A DNA stretch of 63,614 nt, counting the filler, from Sphacelaria rigidula (Eukaryota): NCBI GenBank assembly GCA_964200075.2. It is 6 parts of 6 records of this genome, joined end to end, with 100 filler letters (N's around TTAATTAATTAA, not from the genome) between each part and the next. Parts side by side here need not be neighbours in the genome. Positions count along the whole stretch, not along the records: positions 10,621 to 21,140 come from CAXNAA020006347.1; positions 21,241 to 31,760 come from CAXNAA020006348.1; 4 more parts are not named here. One strand, given 5' to 3'. The notes under the pieces were generated by a model. The model did no database searches and had not been told where the DNA came from. It was given only the letters and a program-made list of their open reading frames with translations. The position numbers and the translations under genes were made by a program. Positions 10,621 to 23,570 of this stretch are shown one piece after another. Every line of letters begins with the position of its first letter. The first letter of the stretch is position 1.

Positions 10621-11976
10621 TTTTGAGACCGCATGTAGCGGCCACGGGGGAACACAGAGTTTCTCCTCTATGAAAATGCCAGTCTTCCTAACTACAAACA
10701 CTCTGGTGCCCGTTGGTTTCTAACAAGAACGTTAAACTGTCGATTTGTGATGGTACTGTACTGATTCGCAGATGCTAATGACAGGAAATATTCATAGTCC
10801 TGTTTGACAGTATCTTCGAACGCTTGAACGAACCCGACGTATACCTGACGAATGCGTTGCCCCTGCGAACGAAGGACACACAACTTGAGCTACAGCTAGT
10901 CATCAGCTGAGCAACTTCGCATGGCCTAGGCCGAATCTGTTCGAAATTCAACTGTTTTGAACGGAATGATTAACTTTCACATTACTGCGCAGAAATAAGC
11001 AAACGGCCAAAATATTGCACTTGTCTCGGACTACGTCTCTCTTCGTGCGCCGCGCGTCGTCGTCCGGTGGATTCGTGAACTTGCGCCATACTTTGAAATG
11101 CAGCTCGAAAAAGATGTGGGGAGATTAACACGGGGGAAAAAATGGAATGTAAATTCAAGTACCTCTAATGACCTAACGCACTTTTCTTCACGAGCAGAGG
11201 AAGTACATTTACACTGCCCCTGTCCTCCGACCCACATTTCCAAGTTTGTGCTCTGTAGCGCGTATCCTTGGGGGATATTTGGTTGGCATATCAAATCGTA
11301 CCGGAATGTGTGCCGAGCATTCTGGATTGGTTCGGCAGGGTATCTGGTTCGAACACCCCGAAAAAGCTCGGAAGGGTATTCACCGATGAAAATCCCCGTT
11401 AGTGCTTCTGTGAATAGCCTACTTTTAGCCGATATACCCTACAGAACACAAACTCGCAAACTTCCATGGTGTGTCTCAAACGCGCGGGAACGTGGACCAA
11501 GGGTACCATGTCCCAATTAAACTAACTGCTGCTTGTCGCGGTACGGTACCGACACGCACAGCTAAGGGCACCGCATGCCAACCACTGTAGCGATACGTAG
11601 GATATTAACTTCCTACACCTGTACATACAGTGGCTGCCCTGATGAGCACTCTTTCTCAAAGACCGCGAACATTGCTGGGAATACCTGCCAGCACAAACAC
11701 GACGCGCGACTACGGAGTATGTCACACCCATTCTGATTTTATACACACTGTTTCCGCTCCTCTCCCGCAGGAGGGCACCGATTTCCACGCACACCAACCG
11801 CAAAGCTTTACGCAAGTGCCAGGACCCAATGGCCAGTGATACACTTGGAGCGTTGACCGCAGAGAATGTGACACAACACGCACACTGCCGTATGGCGTGA
11901 TGCTAGTGCTGGACTGTGCAGCGGGATTTTGAAACCCGGGATGACAACGACCATAAAACCTCAACAAGCCAAAGGA

Positions 11977-12066
11977 TTATAGCTCCCAGTCGTCCTCGTC
12001 GTTGGCTGCCTGCGCCCCGGCGGCGTTGTTCTTGATGACGTCCTGGCTCTCGTACATATCCAGGAT
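11977..12066 (-). CDS. LIG1: DNA ligase I, terminal exon (ILDMYESQDVIKNNAAGAQAANDEDDWEL*)
   Basis: Acceptor TTTTGATAG|, phase 0. Continues [13 protein letters not shown] as in LIG1 C-termini. TAA at 11977-11979. Confidence 0.85.
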   Translation of the reverse strand: MLDMYESQDVIKNNAAGAQAANDEDDWEL

Positions 12067-12749
12067 CTATCAAAAGGGGAGATACAAGTAACAACAACGG
12101 AGCACGATGAAATAAAAATGCGACGCGGGTTCATCATGTTGTACTGCGGCAGACGTGTACTGACGATTGTGAACTCATCAAGAGAGGAGAAAGTGTGCTG
12201 GACCGAACTATCTGAGCGTAGCTGCTTCCCCGTGCGGTCACCATCTCTTGAAAAACCGTCTGTCACACGGCATGCCACCCCTCCCCACGAAAAAAAACAA
12301 GTGCCTCATAGGTGTGCTCGCAGACTACGGTGCTAGTGGCATCGAAACTCGGGAATGATCGTAAGGATCTCCCCAGACTTGCCCCCGAGTGGGCTCTTTC
12401 GGCACCGCAAGGTCTTCCTTCGCGAGATAACTCTCCAGGTTGACACGGTCATCGCTCAGAGGTGTCACCCTGTACAACTACGGTACGTCATCTGAGTGCC
12501 GACGGCTGCCAATGCAAGAACCCGCAACGAGCGTTCGCGTCTCGGCTGCAGCTGAGAAAAAACAGCATTTGACGAGGCGTGTTTATACTAATATTGTCAT
12601 GTGTAGTCATCATGATTCCATACTATTCGGGCAACAGCCCCAAGAGACTGTACAACTTTTGAACAGTACAGAATGATCCTATCAAACAACACTTGAAAGG
12701 TGTGATTTCACCACTAAATTCAAGTATTTTTATTCTTCATTTACTTACT

Positions 12750-13048
12750 TGTCGCACTTTGAACCCCTTCTCTTCCTCGGTATGAGTCCATGGTTTCAAG
12801 GGATCAACCCATCTCTCCCCCGGTTCACGCGTCGCATTTCGGTCTCGTGGATTGGACCAGCACTCCCGCACCGCGTCAACTCACGTCGAACAAACTCAGT
12901 CGACTACTTTGTTTACTCACGTTCTCACGCTCCCCACGGTGGAAATCAAACATCATTAAGAAAAAACCCAACGCATCGGGAACCGAACGCTCGTTCTCCC
13001 CACCCTAATGGCGACAGTCGGACCACTACACCACCGAGACGCGGCGGC
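12750..13048 (-). mobile_element. tRNA-derived SINE, family A copy 2 (inside the last LIG1 intron)
   Basis: A box TGGTGTAGTGG and degenerate B box. Homologous to 800-1093. Short AAGTAAGTAA tail. Confidence 0.8.
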
Positions 13049-13370
13049 TTAAATCATCCGCCGGAGTTAACGCAGTTCTGCCAGACTTAGCACCAACTCC
13101 GTTGCTCTAAGTGAAACCTGTAACCAGCGCAATAGTGAATCAGGTATGCGACGTCAATATGCCAAGGTATCATAGGCCATGCCAGTGCTACCTGCCCGGC
13201 ACGTGCGACGCACATCGGTGGGCTTCGACAGATCGAGCAAAATATTCTGAATGTGTCTTGTAACACAAATCAAAACCTTCATACTTTGAGCGTGATCTCT
13301 CCATGTGGTACGTTGTTTCACGTAGAAAAAGTGGCCTATTTTGACACGTGGCAAACGCCGATGGACTTGC

Positions 13371-13520
13371 CTGATCAGAGGACGTGGCTTGCTCAGGATC
13401 CTTGTCATCTCGCTCTCTCAGGAGTCTGGGGAAGCGAATGCTGATCCCGCGCCCATCCTTGCCTATCGCCGCCCTATGCACGGGTGACTTCGAGAGGTCG
13501 GCGCACTTGACCTCCCACAC
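13371..13520 (-). CDS. LIG1: DNA ligase I exon, OB-fold / motif VI ([13 protein letters not shown]...[26 protein letters not shown])
   Basis: Classic ligase motif RFPR..R.R.DK. CAG acceptor; donor is CAG|GCAAGT (GC-AG intron). Confidence 0.95.
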
Positions 13521-14592
13521 CTGGGCAGCAAGTATCCCCCATTAAAACCGAGTGAATAGGCTAGTTAAAAAGTAGGACGCTGAAGAGGAATACAGGAGAG
13601 GGGACTTTTGGAAACTGTACCGTACACATGGTGAGACCTGGGTGGAAGTGTGACCACTAAGGGCATCGCAGGACCCACCAGTCATGACTGTGACATTGCG
13701 ACGTAGCTTTACTCACGCCAATCAAGGCAGAACGGAAGAAATCATCGCAGGGGTGCTCAGCAGGATTTGGGGCATATATACTCCCCTCCCCTATTACCGC
13801 AGTGTCGTAATTCCTGACAGACTCGGCGACGATCATGCACGGCAACCAGGGAGCAGCTTCCACGTTTGACCTAGGCCCGTTGATGATTGTTTGATGGAAA
13901 CGTTTCGCATATTTCATTACCCGCTACGACTTCAGAGGGAGCCTCAGTAGGAGGGGGAGGGTTATTGCACGAAGCAAAAGAGGTTCATGGGTGTGCTACA
14001 CAGCTTCGGGCATATATATTGCCGTTGTTCGGGGCTGAAAATGGCATTGGGCGGCGTCAATGCGTGTCTTGTGTTGATACCAAGTACATTCGAACGAAAT
14101 CTTCTGCTCGCAGCAAAACTTCAAAGTGACTCCTTCGCGCAAGGACAGGCTAAAATTCGCCCGACCCACCCTCACCAAGAGGAGATTATCATACTACGTT
14201 TTGTTCAAATGGTGAGACACCCATGAGGCAGTGTGTAAGCCGTGGCTGTCTTTGAAAGTGGCGATACCAGAAAATGAAGCAACTCATCGGAGTCTGTCAT
14301 CCAAATGCAAGATAATCAGTACGCTTCGGGCCGAATAACCCCAGCAGGATGCAGCTCACCCTTCATCCGACTCGCCGGACACGCCACGGCGCTTCGCGCT
14401 TGGTGACTGAGTGCGAGCTTGGCCCGGCGAAAACCCGGCGTGCTCCGTCCAGGCTTCGTAGGTATGCGAGGTCAATGGTCATATGACTATGGCATGCAAG
14501 ATCAGGAGTACCCCCCCTCCCTCACTCCCTCAATGGTATGATCCCTGCGACAAAACGTCTGGCAAACATAGGCGGGACGCCGGTGTGCTCAC

Positions 14593-14647
14593 CTTTTTGG
14601 GTTGCAGCCAAACGTCCGGGGCGAGCGAGTCGGCGACGTTGTAATAA
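14593..14647 (-). CDS. LIG1: DNA ligase I exon (YYNVADSLAPDVWLQPKK)
   Basis: CAG acceptor and AAG|GTGAG donor. Phases match the neighbouring exons. PDVW..P motif. Confidence 0.9.
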
Positions 14648-15057
14648 CTGCACAACCCAACGGCCAAGGCCACGAAAAGAAGCAAGAAAAAACGAAGCAT
14701 TCAGCAGAAGAAATACACAGGCGTGATGAGAACAATCGACGCCTGGTACCAGAAAGTCGGACAGGAAGCGTTGTCATGTATGTCTTAGTACGAACACATG
14801 CGACCAAGACCTCGAGAATAGCTACACCAGAACAGTTGCTGCTCTTTTGCTCGGGTCGAAGGATTGCAAGAATTCGCCACAGCGCTATGACGAGTGAGTC
14901 ACTCGAGTGACCCATTGCAGTGGTCCCAATCCCCCCCTCCTTTGAAGAAATTAACTAAATTGTTCCACAGACAGCGTTGGTCTTACAAGGTACTAAAGCG
15001 CCACACACTGCAGCCACGGACAGACTGCCGAAGTATTTGGAGACAACGACAGCTCAC

Positions 15058-15205
15058 TTTGGGCGGGTTTCCACCGTGTGTTCCTTGAGTTCCGTCCAGA
15101 ACTTGAGAAGTTCCTCGTCCTTAAAACCTGTACCGATCTTGCAAACGGACTGGTACTGATCCAGCTCCTGGTCGTAGCACGCCAACAAATAGGCGCCGTA
15201 TTTCC
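15058..15205 (-). CDS. LIG1: DNA ligase I exon (GKYGAYLLACYDQELDQYQSVCKIGTGFKDEEL...RP)
   Basis: YGA.LLACY and CKIGTGF motifs; canonical splice sites. Confidence 0.95.
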
Positions 15206-15969
15206 CTGAAGTACGCGAGAACGATACGCGATAAAAAAATAAGTATGGACAGGTGGAGCATGCGGACAACTCGGCTACCCATTTTCTTCAACAACCCCAA
15301 GATGATCGTTGACTACAGCACTACGGAGGGACATCAACAGTGGGAGATTTTGTGTTCTCCTGAGGGCGACAAAATGTGCCCCGGGGCGCAGGGTTTGGGA
15401 GACAAACCAGGGAGTAACCATGCCTGTCTGGAGTGAAAGCAGAGGGGACCTCCTCCCGGGTTTCTCGGAAATTCGCTTGGTTGCCACCGTGACGTACGTG
15501 CGCTGTATCCTTTTCGTTCCAACATGATCTCACAGGAGCCCATCGGTCTCCATTTTTTACCGGAAGGATATCCGCGACAGAAAGCGACGATGCGCTTGTA
15601 CTCCACGTACGAAAGTTGGAATTTCATGCAATGCAACCCACATGAGCACGTACGGTGAAGGCAGCGCCCCGCATGTCACAACAGCCGTAACAGTGCGCCA
15701 GCGCAAGTACGCTACACGTATCCCGGAGTCAAGGTCGGGCTCGCGCAAGCAGTTCAAGCTAGCTTGTCAGCATCAGTTTTTCAGTCACTGAAATCTGTCA
15801 CCTTCTCGGATGTCCTGCGGTTTTGCGTCCTTAGACTGTGGTCCGGTGCCTTTCTGTCTCGTACATTCGTACTTCCTTCGCCCCGTAGTGAAAGGATATC
15901 ATTTGAGGGGTATGTAGTCGTCTCTTACATGGTCTTTTCAGCTGAAATTCCGCACACTTCATTGGTGCT

Positions 15970-15975
<6 letters not shown>

Positions 15976-16037
<62 letters not shown>

Positions 16038-16038
16038 C
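15976..16038. repeat. (AGT)n microsatellite in a LIG1 intron
   Basis: About 20 perfect units. Confidence 0.95.
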
Positions 16039-16799
16039 AGATCTATATCATACTGCTATTATTATTTGCGTCACACAAGCTCGACCTCTCGAACCCGTGG
16101 TCACAGAGTGCAAGTAGCACACCATCCATGCCCATATATCACACAGCCAACATAGGGTTGACTAAATGATGAAAAAAATGCAGCCGTTGCCGAAACGCCC
16201 GCTGCGGAAGTCGATACCTCGGCCGAGAAACGAGTTTAAGGCAACTTCTCATATGTCTACATGTACATGTATCATTTCACATTTTTCACCAATATTGCCT
16301 GGTTTTCTCTGGCGGCAAGGCATTATTTCCTGCGTTTTCTTTTGCAGCGCAGTGAGAAGGCTCAAGGGTACATTATCGATCAGGTTTGGGTGTCATCTGA
16401 TACATGTGGCGCGTGGCGCGTGTTCTGGCCATCGAAAGCCGCTCACACTGGCCCTTTTTTAATGGTCAGAAGCGTTTTCAAGACCATGGAAAACTTGAGG
16501 CAAGAACCCGAACCACAAAAAAGCCTGTTGAAGATCATGGAAATCTTCAAACAGGATTACTTTTGGCGGGGTATTCTTTCCCCGTGTTTCTCTTCGCCGC
16601 GGTCTCGTTCATTTGGGAGCACGGACACACCGGTTACGCCGCCAATATCACGAAAACATGAGAGCAAAGCAGTTGAAAACAGTTGAATATTGCCTTCGCC
16701 TTACTCAGCAAACACAAGACCGTGCAATGGGCCGTCGGCGAGTTGAACAAGGGACACAAGACGGCAGCACAGGAATATTTCCCCGCAAAAACAATTTAT

Positions 16800-16910
16800 T
16801 AATTATAATTATTAATTATTAATTATTAATTATTAATTATTAATTATTAATTATTAATTATTAATTATTAATTATTAATTATTAATTATTAATTATTAAT
16901 TATTAATTAT
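16800..16910. repeat. (TAATTAT)n heptamer tandem repeat in a LIG1 intron
   Basis: About 15 units, pure AT. Confidence 0.95.
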
Positions 16911-16975
16911 TATTCATAATTTACTACTTTTTATTTCCGCACATTAGTCGTCATGCGAAGGGTTTCGAAGCTCAC

Positions 16976-17120
16976 CCGTTCTCTTGCCCTTCCCCAGGTA
17001 AGCTGCAATCGGCACCAAGTCTAGCGAGTCTCCCACGCCCCCTCCATCCGCCTGGAGATAGTCTTTCTTAAGCTTGAGCCAGTTCAAGGATCTCTTTGAA
17101 GGCTCGTAGGAGGCGTTTTC
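16976..17120 (-). CDS. LIG1: DNA ligase I exon, motif V ([22 protein letters not shown]...[18 protein letters not shown])
   Basis: WLKLKKDY motif; canonical splice sites. Confidence 0.96.
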
Positions 17121-17386
17121 CTGTAAACAAGCGCGACGGCGACGACAGGAGCACGCGAACATTGAACATTACGCCGCAACATCGACGTCACACGATGGGT
17201 GAAGGAAACCGTTCGAGAGTGCAAAATCCGACTGCCCTTCACAAGCAAACGTCTACAAGAATCCAATCGTCTTAGCGTTTCGTACAAAACAGAACGGCGT
17301 AAGATCTTTCACTAGAACTACAGCAGAATTTCCAGCGGCCCCAAGAAACTATCTGGAGTAAAACAAAAACAAATTTGAGATCTCAC

Positions 17387-17473
17387 GGTAAGCGTCTTGA
17401 CCATGAGCCCCTCGCAGTTGCCCTTGACAGCTTCGGATAAGAATTCCTCGATAGGCTCGGTATCGCCATCCTC
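17387..17473 (-). CDS. LIG1: DNA ligase I exon, motif IV (EDGDTEPIEEFLSEAVKGNCEGLMVKTLT)
   Basis: CEGLMVK motif; canonical splice sites; 87 nt, phase 0. Confidence 0.96.
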
Positions 17474-18037
17474 CTGTAACAGAAATAAAATAAGAAAAAA
17501 AGAGCGAAATCGATGCCATTGAATCATGCGCCAGGTGAATCACGCACTATAGTATGTCGAGCTCGGCGCTGGCTCCTCTTATGCTGCATGTACCACTATA
17601 CTGTTGCGCTGTGGACTGTGCAGTGTAGCGGCGTATGTCGCGATGTGGCTAATTGTCGCATGCATTACCGTACTGTAGTACTGTTTACTGTACAGTGCAG
17701 TTGCATATGGCGCGATGTGGCCAGTTCCGCTTCATAACCAAAAGCCTTAGAACAAACTTTTGACACGGGGTAAAACGTAGGGATGTTCACTGCGAGTGAA
17801 ACCTACGAAGTTGTCGTGGGTCTCACGTTCCTAGTCTTCAGTTGGAGAAAATTGTCATACCCCATCGCTAAACGCCAGTCATACGCCTCATGCCTATCCG
17901 CACGTCTTATCCCTAGGTCCGTTTTCTTCTTTCCGAGACTCTGTATTGTGAACGGAGACCTAGCCATCATTCCAACTGGTTTTGTTTTTCCATATTTCAA
18001 GTGTAACATGTGCATTTACGAGTTGTTGTCGCCTGAC

Positions 18038-18139
18038 CTTGTGATCCATGGAGGTGGCGAATCGGAAACGGCCTTCCACTTCCTTGAACGCGCCTCGCAG
18101 CCTTTTTCGTCGCTCCTTCAAGGGGCTCTGCAGCAAAGA
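18038..18139 (-). CDS. LIG1: DNA ligase I exon (SLLQSPLKERRKRLRGAFKEVEGRFRFATSMDHK)
   Basis: SL...PL.ERR..L motif; CAG / GT sites; 102 nt. Confidence 0.93.
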
Positions 18140-18725
18140 CTGTGCAATATGAGCACAGGAACAAAAAACACAAAAAGATTCGTTAACATGAGAGGAAAAC
18201 AAGGGATGAAGGACACGACGAGCGAGTGAAGCACCGCGGTATGCACGAAACAAAACACATCATGGAAGAAAGAAAAACAATTGAAGGGTGCTGACGAAGC
18301 CAGCCCACAGCAAGTCATTTCATCATCAGGTGACAGAACGCATCAAACAGTCCAGGAAACGGCAACTCCTGTCGGGTAATCGGATTTTTGTGGGACAGTC
18401 CTCTGTACACAATGCACGTGCAAAATGCAAAAAAAAAAAATGGAGCAAAAATAGTCCAGTTTTTGGAGACGCAGCTAGTGTTTTTTCACACCCACGTGAC
18501 ACGTATAAAGTCCATCTAATCGATGAGTGGTATGCAAATATGTCATTAGATGGTTACAAACGCACACAGCTGATGAAATAACTCAAGGATTATCTTGGAA
18601 ACAGAAATTGGGCGTTTCAATACGAGCGTGACACAACTGCAAACGATTATACCACTTTCATCAGACACATGCTTTTTGGACAGGTACCAATTTGTCACGC
18701 AGTAATCAGAATCTACTTCAAGCCG

Positions 18726-18946
18726 AGGGGTCCCATATCGGGAAATGGCTGCACCACCGCCTACAACGTGAGATTATTACACGTGCGGTGCAGTGCAGAA
18801 ACTGCTATCGGCAGCATCCAGCGATCTGGGGGTACCCCTCCCCCCCCCCCAAAGAATCGACCCCTCCCCCCCTCCTTCAACCCCAAAATGAGGTTTTTGC
18901 GGCCTGGGGGGCGGTGGTGCAACCATTTCCCGATATGGGGCCCCCT
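18726..18946. mobile_element. MITE with terminal inverted repeats of about 36 bp, in a LIG1 intron
   Basis: AGGGGTCCCATATCGGGAAATGGCTGCACCACCGCC / GGCGGTGGTGCAACCATTTCCCGATATGGGGCCCCCT. Confidence 0.7.
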
Positions 18947-19336
18947 GTTAAAGCCAGTGTGTCACAATCGAAAAAAACCGCAATAGTTGCACGTATCACA
19001 CGCCTCACCTTTCCCTCAAGTCTGAGATACCGCAATCCGCAAGACCTCCCGACATACATGGGGTTACGAGCCGATTAAAAATCTGTTCGAAACGCAAACA
19101 ACGCCCCCACCCCCGGTCGCCAACCACGTTGCCTACGGCAAGTGTGCGTACAGCGGTTTCACCCTGTTCCGTGGCAACCCGTCACGTGCTTATTTATACC
19201 AATGGCGACATACATCAAACACCATTTTTTGCATAAACCCTCCGGAAAATGGTCCGTAAACGAGGTAGATTTCGAGCTCTTTCACCGGTGTAGCTGAGTC
19301 CAAGCCTTACTCCTTCAGACAGGAAGTTTGGCTCAC

Positions 19337-19432
19337 CTCCCCGTTGACGTAGAGGATGTCGAAGGCCTCCACGATGACTTTGACCTTCACGTCTGTTGCG
19401 TCCACGTCCTTTCGCCCTCGGGTGGACAACAT
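19337..19432 (-). CDS. LIG1: DNA ligase I exon, motif IIIa ([32 protein letters not shown])
   Basis: AFDILY.NG motif; CAG / GTGAG sites; 96 nt. Confidence 0.95.
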
Positions 19433-20072
19433 CTGCCCACAAACAGCCAAGAACGCCATCAAGTTTAAACGGAATAGTTCACGACACGTGAATAGTCACC
19501 GGGAGTCACGCATGCTGGCGGATGTCTAAATTAAAAAAGCACAGACACCACGGGACACTAGAGTTCCGTGAACGAAATCCACCAAACAGCAGTCATCTGA
19601 TTGGTAGATTGACTTTTGATTGATGTGTTGTCGTACGTTGATTCATCCCCGAGGGTTATCATCCAGCGGTGGTCATTGTCCACAAGATGTCGACGTACCC
19701 AAGATGGACAAAACGGAAACACTTGCTGAAGGTATAGTCGACAAAGGAACGACACGAGGAAAACAACGAGCGGAATAGAGCGGACGGATTAAAGTGACCG
19801 AAAACGAGAGACAAATGGACAGCGAAGAAATGAAATGAAAAGGAAAAAAATCAGTATGTTCATCGGTTTATTGATAAACTACTGCAACGCTGAAGACAAA
19901 ACCCAAGGATTTATTCGTACCGTACCGTACGAATCAACTATACTAAAATGAAGTAATTTCCAGACGAATCACTCCGTCTGATCCTTTCACCGGTGGTACA
20001 CAAAGTATCGGTGTCGTGCTGTGCAGTCTACGCGAGTTATCTTCACCAACAACGTGTCCCACCGTACAGTAC

Positions 20073-20162
20073 CTGAAAGGGAAGGAGATTGCCGGTCTCG
20101 CGGTCGTAAGCGACCACTTCGGTGTCGATAACGTACGAGGTCACCCCTTCGACGGCGCAGTC
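20073..20162 (-). CDS. LIG1: DNA ligase I exon, motif III (DCAVEGVTSYVIDTEVVAYDRETGNLLPFQ); most 5' exon found
   Basis: ID.EVVAYD...LPFQ motif; TAG / GT sites. The KYDG adenylation exon was not found before the contig ends at 21140. Confidence 0.93.
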
Positions 20163-21140
20163 CTATCGAGTCATGTTCCAGCCAAGCGAGGGGAACAAAG
20201 AGCACAGTTCATGCTGTTACTCACTGTTAGGCAATCGCTGACGGACGAGCGAAAGCCTGTTCGAAGGCGGCTCGTAGCATGGCGGATGTCATGTGATTGA
20301 ACAGTAACACAACGGGACACGAATTGCCAATACTGTAAGTAGTTGTCGAGGTGAGCCAGCGACGAGTGGGCTATTGACGTGGTAGCGTCGGGGTACGATC
20401 ATGTCAAGGTCGAGTACAAACGCTGAAAGCCCAGCCAATTCTCGAACGACCTTTTGAACGGTCACCACTACACGACAGCGCTCTCCGAAGTGATCGCCTG
20501 CATATGACAACTGAAGGAGTCGCCAACAATCGTCACACATAGCCCGACGGCTATGCTGTGGGGGTAGATACCGCGCCGTACAAAGCAGAGACAACAGCAA
20601 TAACAACAGCAACGGCAACAGCGGCAACTTTTGCATTTATGCTGCCATTTATGCTGTCACGCAAGCGCTTTTGTTTACACCATGCACCTAGATCTTGGTG
20701 ACCCGTGCATTTTTCATTTGCGCTACGACACGCCGAGAGGCGAGTCGCTTGAGGGTCCCAACAGCACGATAGACCAGTGAGAGGCAGCGAATCTAACGCC
20801 CGCGACACAGATAGAATACTTGTATTGTGCCCCATGTTTTCCTGCGTTGACAGGCCATAGTGGTCAGAACGCTTCTGCCTCTACTGCTCTCAAGAGGCAC
20901 CACCCGTACACGACGAATACGTCACTTCTTGAATCACTTTGGTTCCTACAGACGTGGGGTATCATCTAATTCCTTCACGACCGTGCGTTGAAATCTTCCA
21001 TTGAACAGCGTATTCGGCGGGTGAGCTAGCAACCTTGTACATTGACGATTTGGGGGGGGGGGGGGGGGGGGGGCGGCGGGGATTCCATGGGAATAAAAAA
21101 AAAAAAACAACAGGGCAGAGTAGGGAAAAATGAAAAACCA

Positions 21141-21240
21141 NNNNNNNNNNNNNNNNNNNNNNNNNNNNNNNNNNNNNNNNNNNNTTAATTAATTAANNNN
21201 NNNNNNNNNNNNNNNNNNNNNNNNNNNNNNNNNNNNNNNN
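21141..21240. other. Artificial contig linker
   Basis: N44-TTAATTAATTAA-N44. Confidence 0.98.
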
Positions 21241-23194
21241 GTGGTCGATGGTCAAACGACTAAGGCAAGCAACAAATGAGTACGCCCCCCTCCCCCCCCC
21301 GGTACAAGTTGGGCAGATTTTGTGCGATTGGCGAAAGCGTACAGCGCCACCTTCCTCCTACTCGGTTGCAAGGGCGTGTTTTGCGCAAAAAGTACTTTCA
21401 TTGAGGTTTTGTTTTTCCTCGTATCTAGGTGGTGGGGAGGTCGTCGCCCGAAAATATCACTAGCATGCACGGAGGTATAATTTTGTAATAAGATGCGAAT
21501 TTCCACGAATTAGAGGCTCTTCAGTGGGGAATCGGCGGAATCTAGCAACAATGAAATGCAACCTTCGTAGTGAGGTGTATGCAGTGAATAATGCTTGTGA
21601 TTAAGTCGGACACTGGAGTCACGCCTGTAGTGTACGAACTACAGTACAAGAGTGAAGAGTCGCGCCGTAACGGATAGGGCAGCAACAAAAGCGAAAGCTG
21701 CAAGTAGACAAGAAGACAGCGAGTGATACATCTCCGCCGCAGGGGGTCATTGCCATCCTCGTCTATCGGTATATCTCCATGTTGGTATGGCTGGTTGTGT
21801 CTTTCCGTGGCTGCGAGCGCTGGCGCAGATACCAGCGGCAGCGGTCGCCATGCTGACGGCTGGAAGCAGTAACCTGTCGATTTGCTACATTCGCTCGAGA
21901 GTTTGGGAATCGGTAGGCGGTGGAAAAGGGAGCAGGTCGTGCTCAGCATACACTTTCCCATTTTGTGTTGTTGAAACGATACGGCGTAGAACCCGATTTG
22001 CGGAGGGGTTGTTGCTTGACCACGTGAACAAAAACCCCGTTTTTCCGGCTCTAGCGCAGGAATATCGAGAAAATTGAAAAAATGAAGCGATTGAATTGTT
22101 CATAGTGACGTTCGGGGTCAGTTCGGTCTAGCGAAAATACCAAAAAGCGATAACCGAGAATTGTGCGCTCGTAGGACCATCAAAGACCGGTCAGTCCGTA
22201 TTTCGTTCAAAATTGGTGGCATTTTTCCCCCCTCGAAACTTGTGCTGGGTATCTAAGTATCTCAATTCATGAAGTTCGGGAGTAAACATGAACTGTGATG
22301 AGTCGTGGTATTGGAAAAAATCCTGAAAAAATCGTTTTCAATCGAAAGTGTGAAGTTAAGCCCTTGATCAGCGATCCCCCTGCAGGTGGACTGAGATGAA
22401 CTATGCCACATTTGAGGTTTATGACAGCATTTTTCTTGCTACACAAACGCCTTTTTTCATAGTCATGTGAATGCTGGGCATCTCTATATTGAAAATAGCT
22501 CCGGAGAACCCCTGACCGGTCTTGACTGTGTAGTCTCTAAAGCGTGCAGAGTCAGTATGTGTGCGGTGCATGTCTCCGCTGGATAGAGCGGTGGAAAACA
22601 ATTAGCGTGCCATCGCTCTCCGCTGTACACTATTTACTGCATGCTGCTAATGCCTCTGCTTAGTGTTTCCCAACAACACTATAGACCGTGTGGAGCTATG
22701 CTGGCAAACATATGAGGCGTCAGACAGGCGGCACAGACCTCGAGAGCAGAGTACAAGACATGTTTTTTTTACCCATGTCATGTACGGTTGAATCGCCATG
22801 ACCAACATGAGAAACACCGCTAGACGACGAAGTAGTCCACCTGGAGGAGATCTACATGCTCATTTTGACGACCGTGATTGGTCAGAATGATGATTCCGCG
22901 CCTCTCGGACCTCGTTTATGGCTTAGAATTTTCCGCGGGAAACTTCCAAACACACGTGGGTCACTTGGTGAGCTTCTCGGCTGCTCTACCGACAGACCTC
23001 TCCCCCGCCCCACTGGAAACCCCCGGATGTCCCTGAACTGTCGGCCTGTGAAGCTGTTCCGAAACAACGCTCGCTGTCTAGGGGTTGAACTTTCACTACT
23101 AAAGTGTGGGAGACGTTTACATCAGTGATGAGTAATCCGGAATCATTCGCTAACTATTCCCCATATACAAGAAATAATATATATATATGTAAAT

Positions 23195-23570
23195 ACAAGC
23201 CGCAGGGACCCGGGGCTGCGCCCCGTTACCATCCGTCTTTTTCGAGGGTCTCGGTATTCTAGCCTTGCCAAGCCCTCGTGAGAATAGATCCTCTCTCGAA
23301 ATGTTCATGCCCGCCAGAAACATTGCAGGACCATCGCGATCGCGCGTCCGTTCGAACGGTCGCGAACGCATGTGTACCCCCGCACAAAGCAAAGCACGAA
23401 TCCGCTAACCGGGCCCCTAGCATTGACGTTGACCCGAACAGTCATCTCCCGAGGCGGGTGCGGAGAAACTTGCACACTAAAATCAGCAATATACCTCGTG
23501 GACGCCTCGTTACAAAGTATGCTTCACGCTCGTGAGTTCGAAATATTCTATTTATATACTATATATCCTA
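23195..23570 (-). mobile_element. Possible non-autonomous Helitron
   Basis: The minus strand ends with GC hairpin CGGGGCGCAGCCCCG, a short spacer, then CTTG|T. The other end is ATATATAGTATATAAATAGA. No TIR or target-site duplication. Confidence 0.35.

Noticed and set aside
15973..16155. Poly-Ser ORF
   Set aside because: (AGT)n microsatellite inside a LIG1 intron.
16261..16686. 141-aa plus-strand ORF antisense within a LIG1 intron
   Set aside because: No recognisable motif; it overlaps a degenerate inverted-repeat remnant (hairpin at about 16516-16566).
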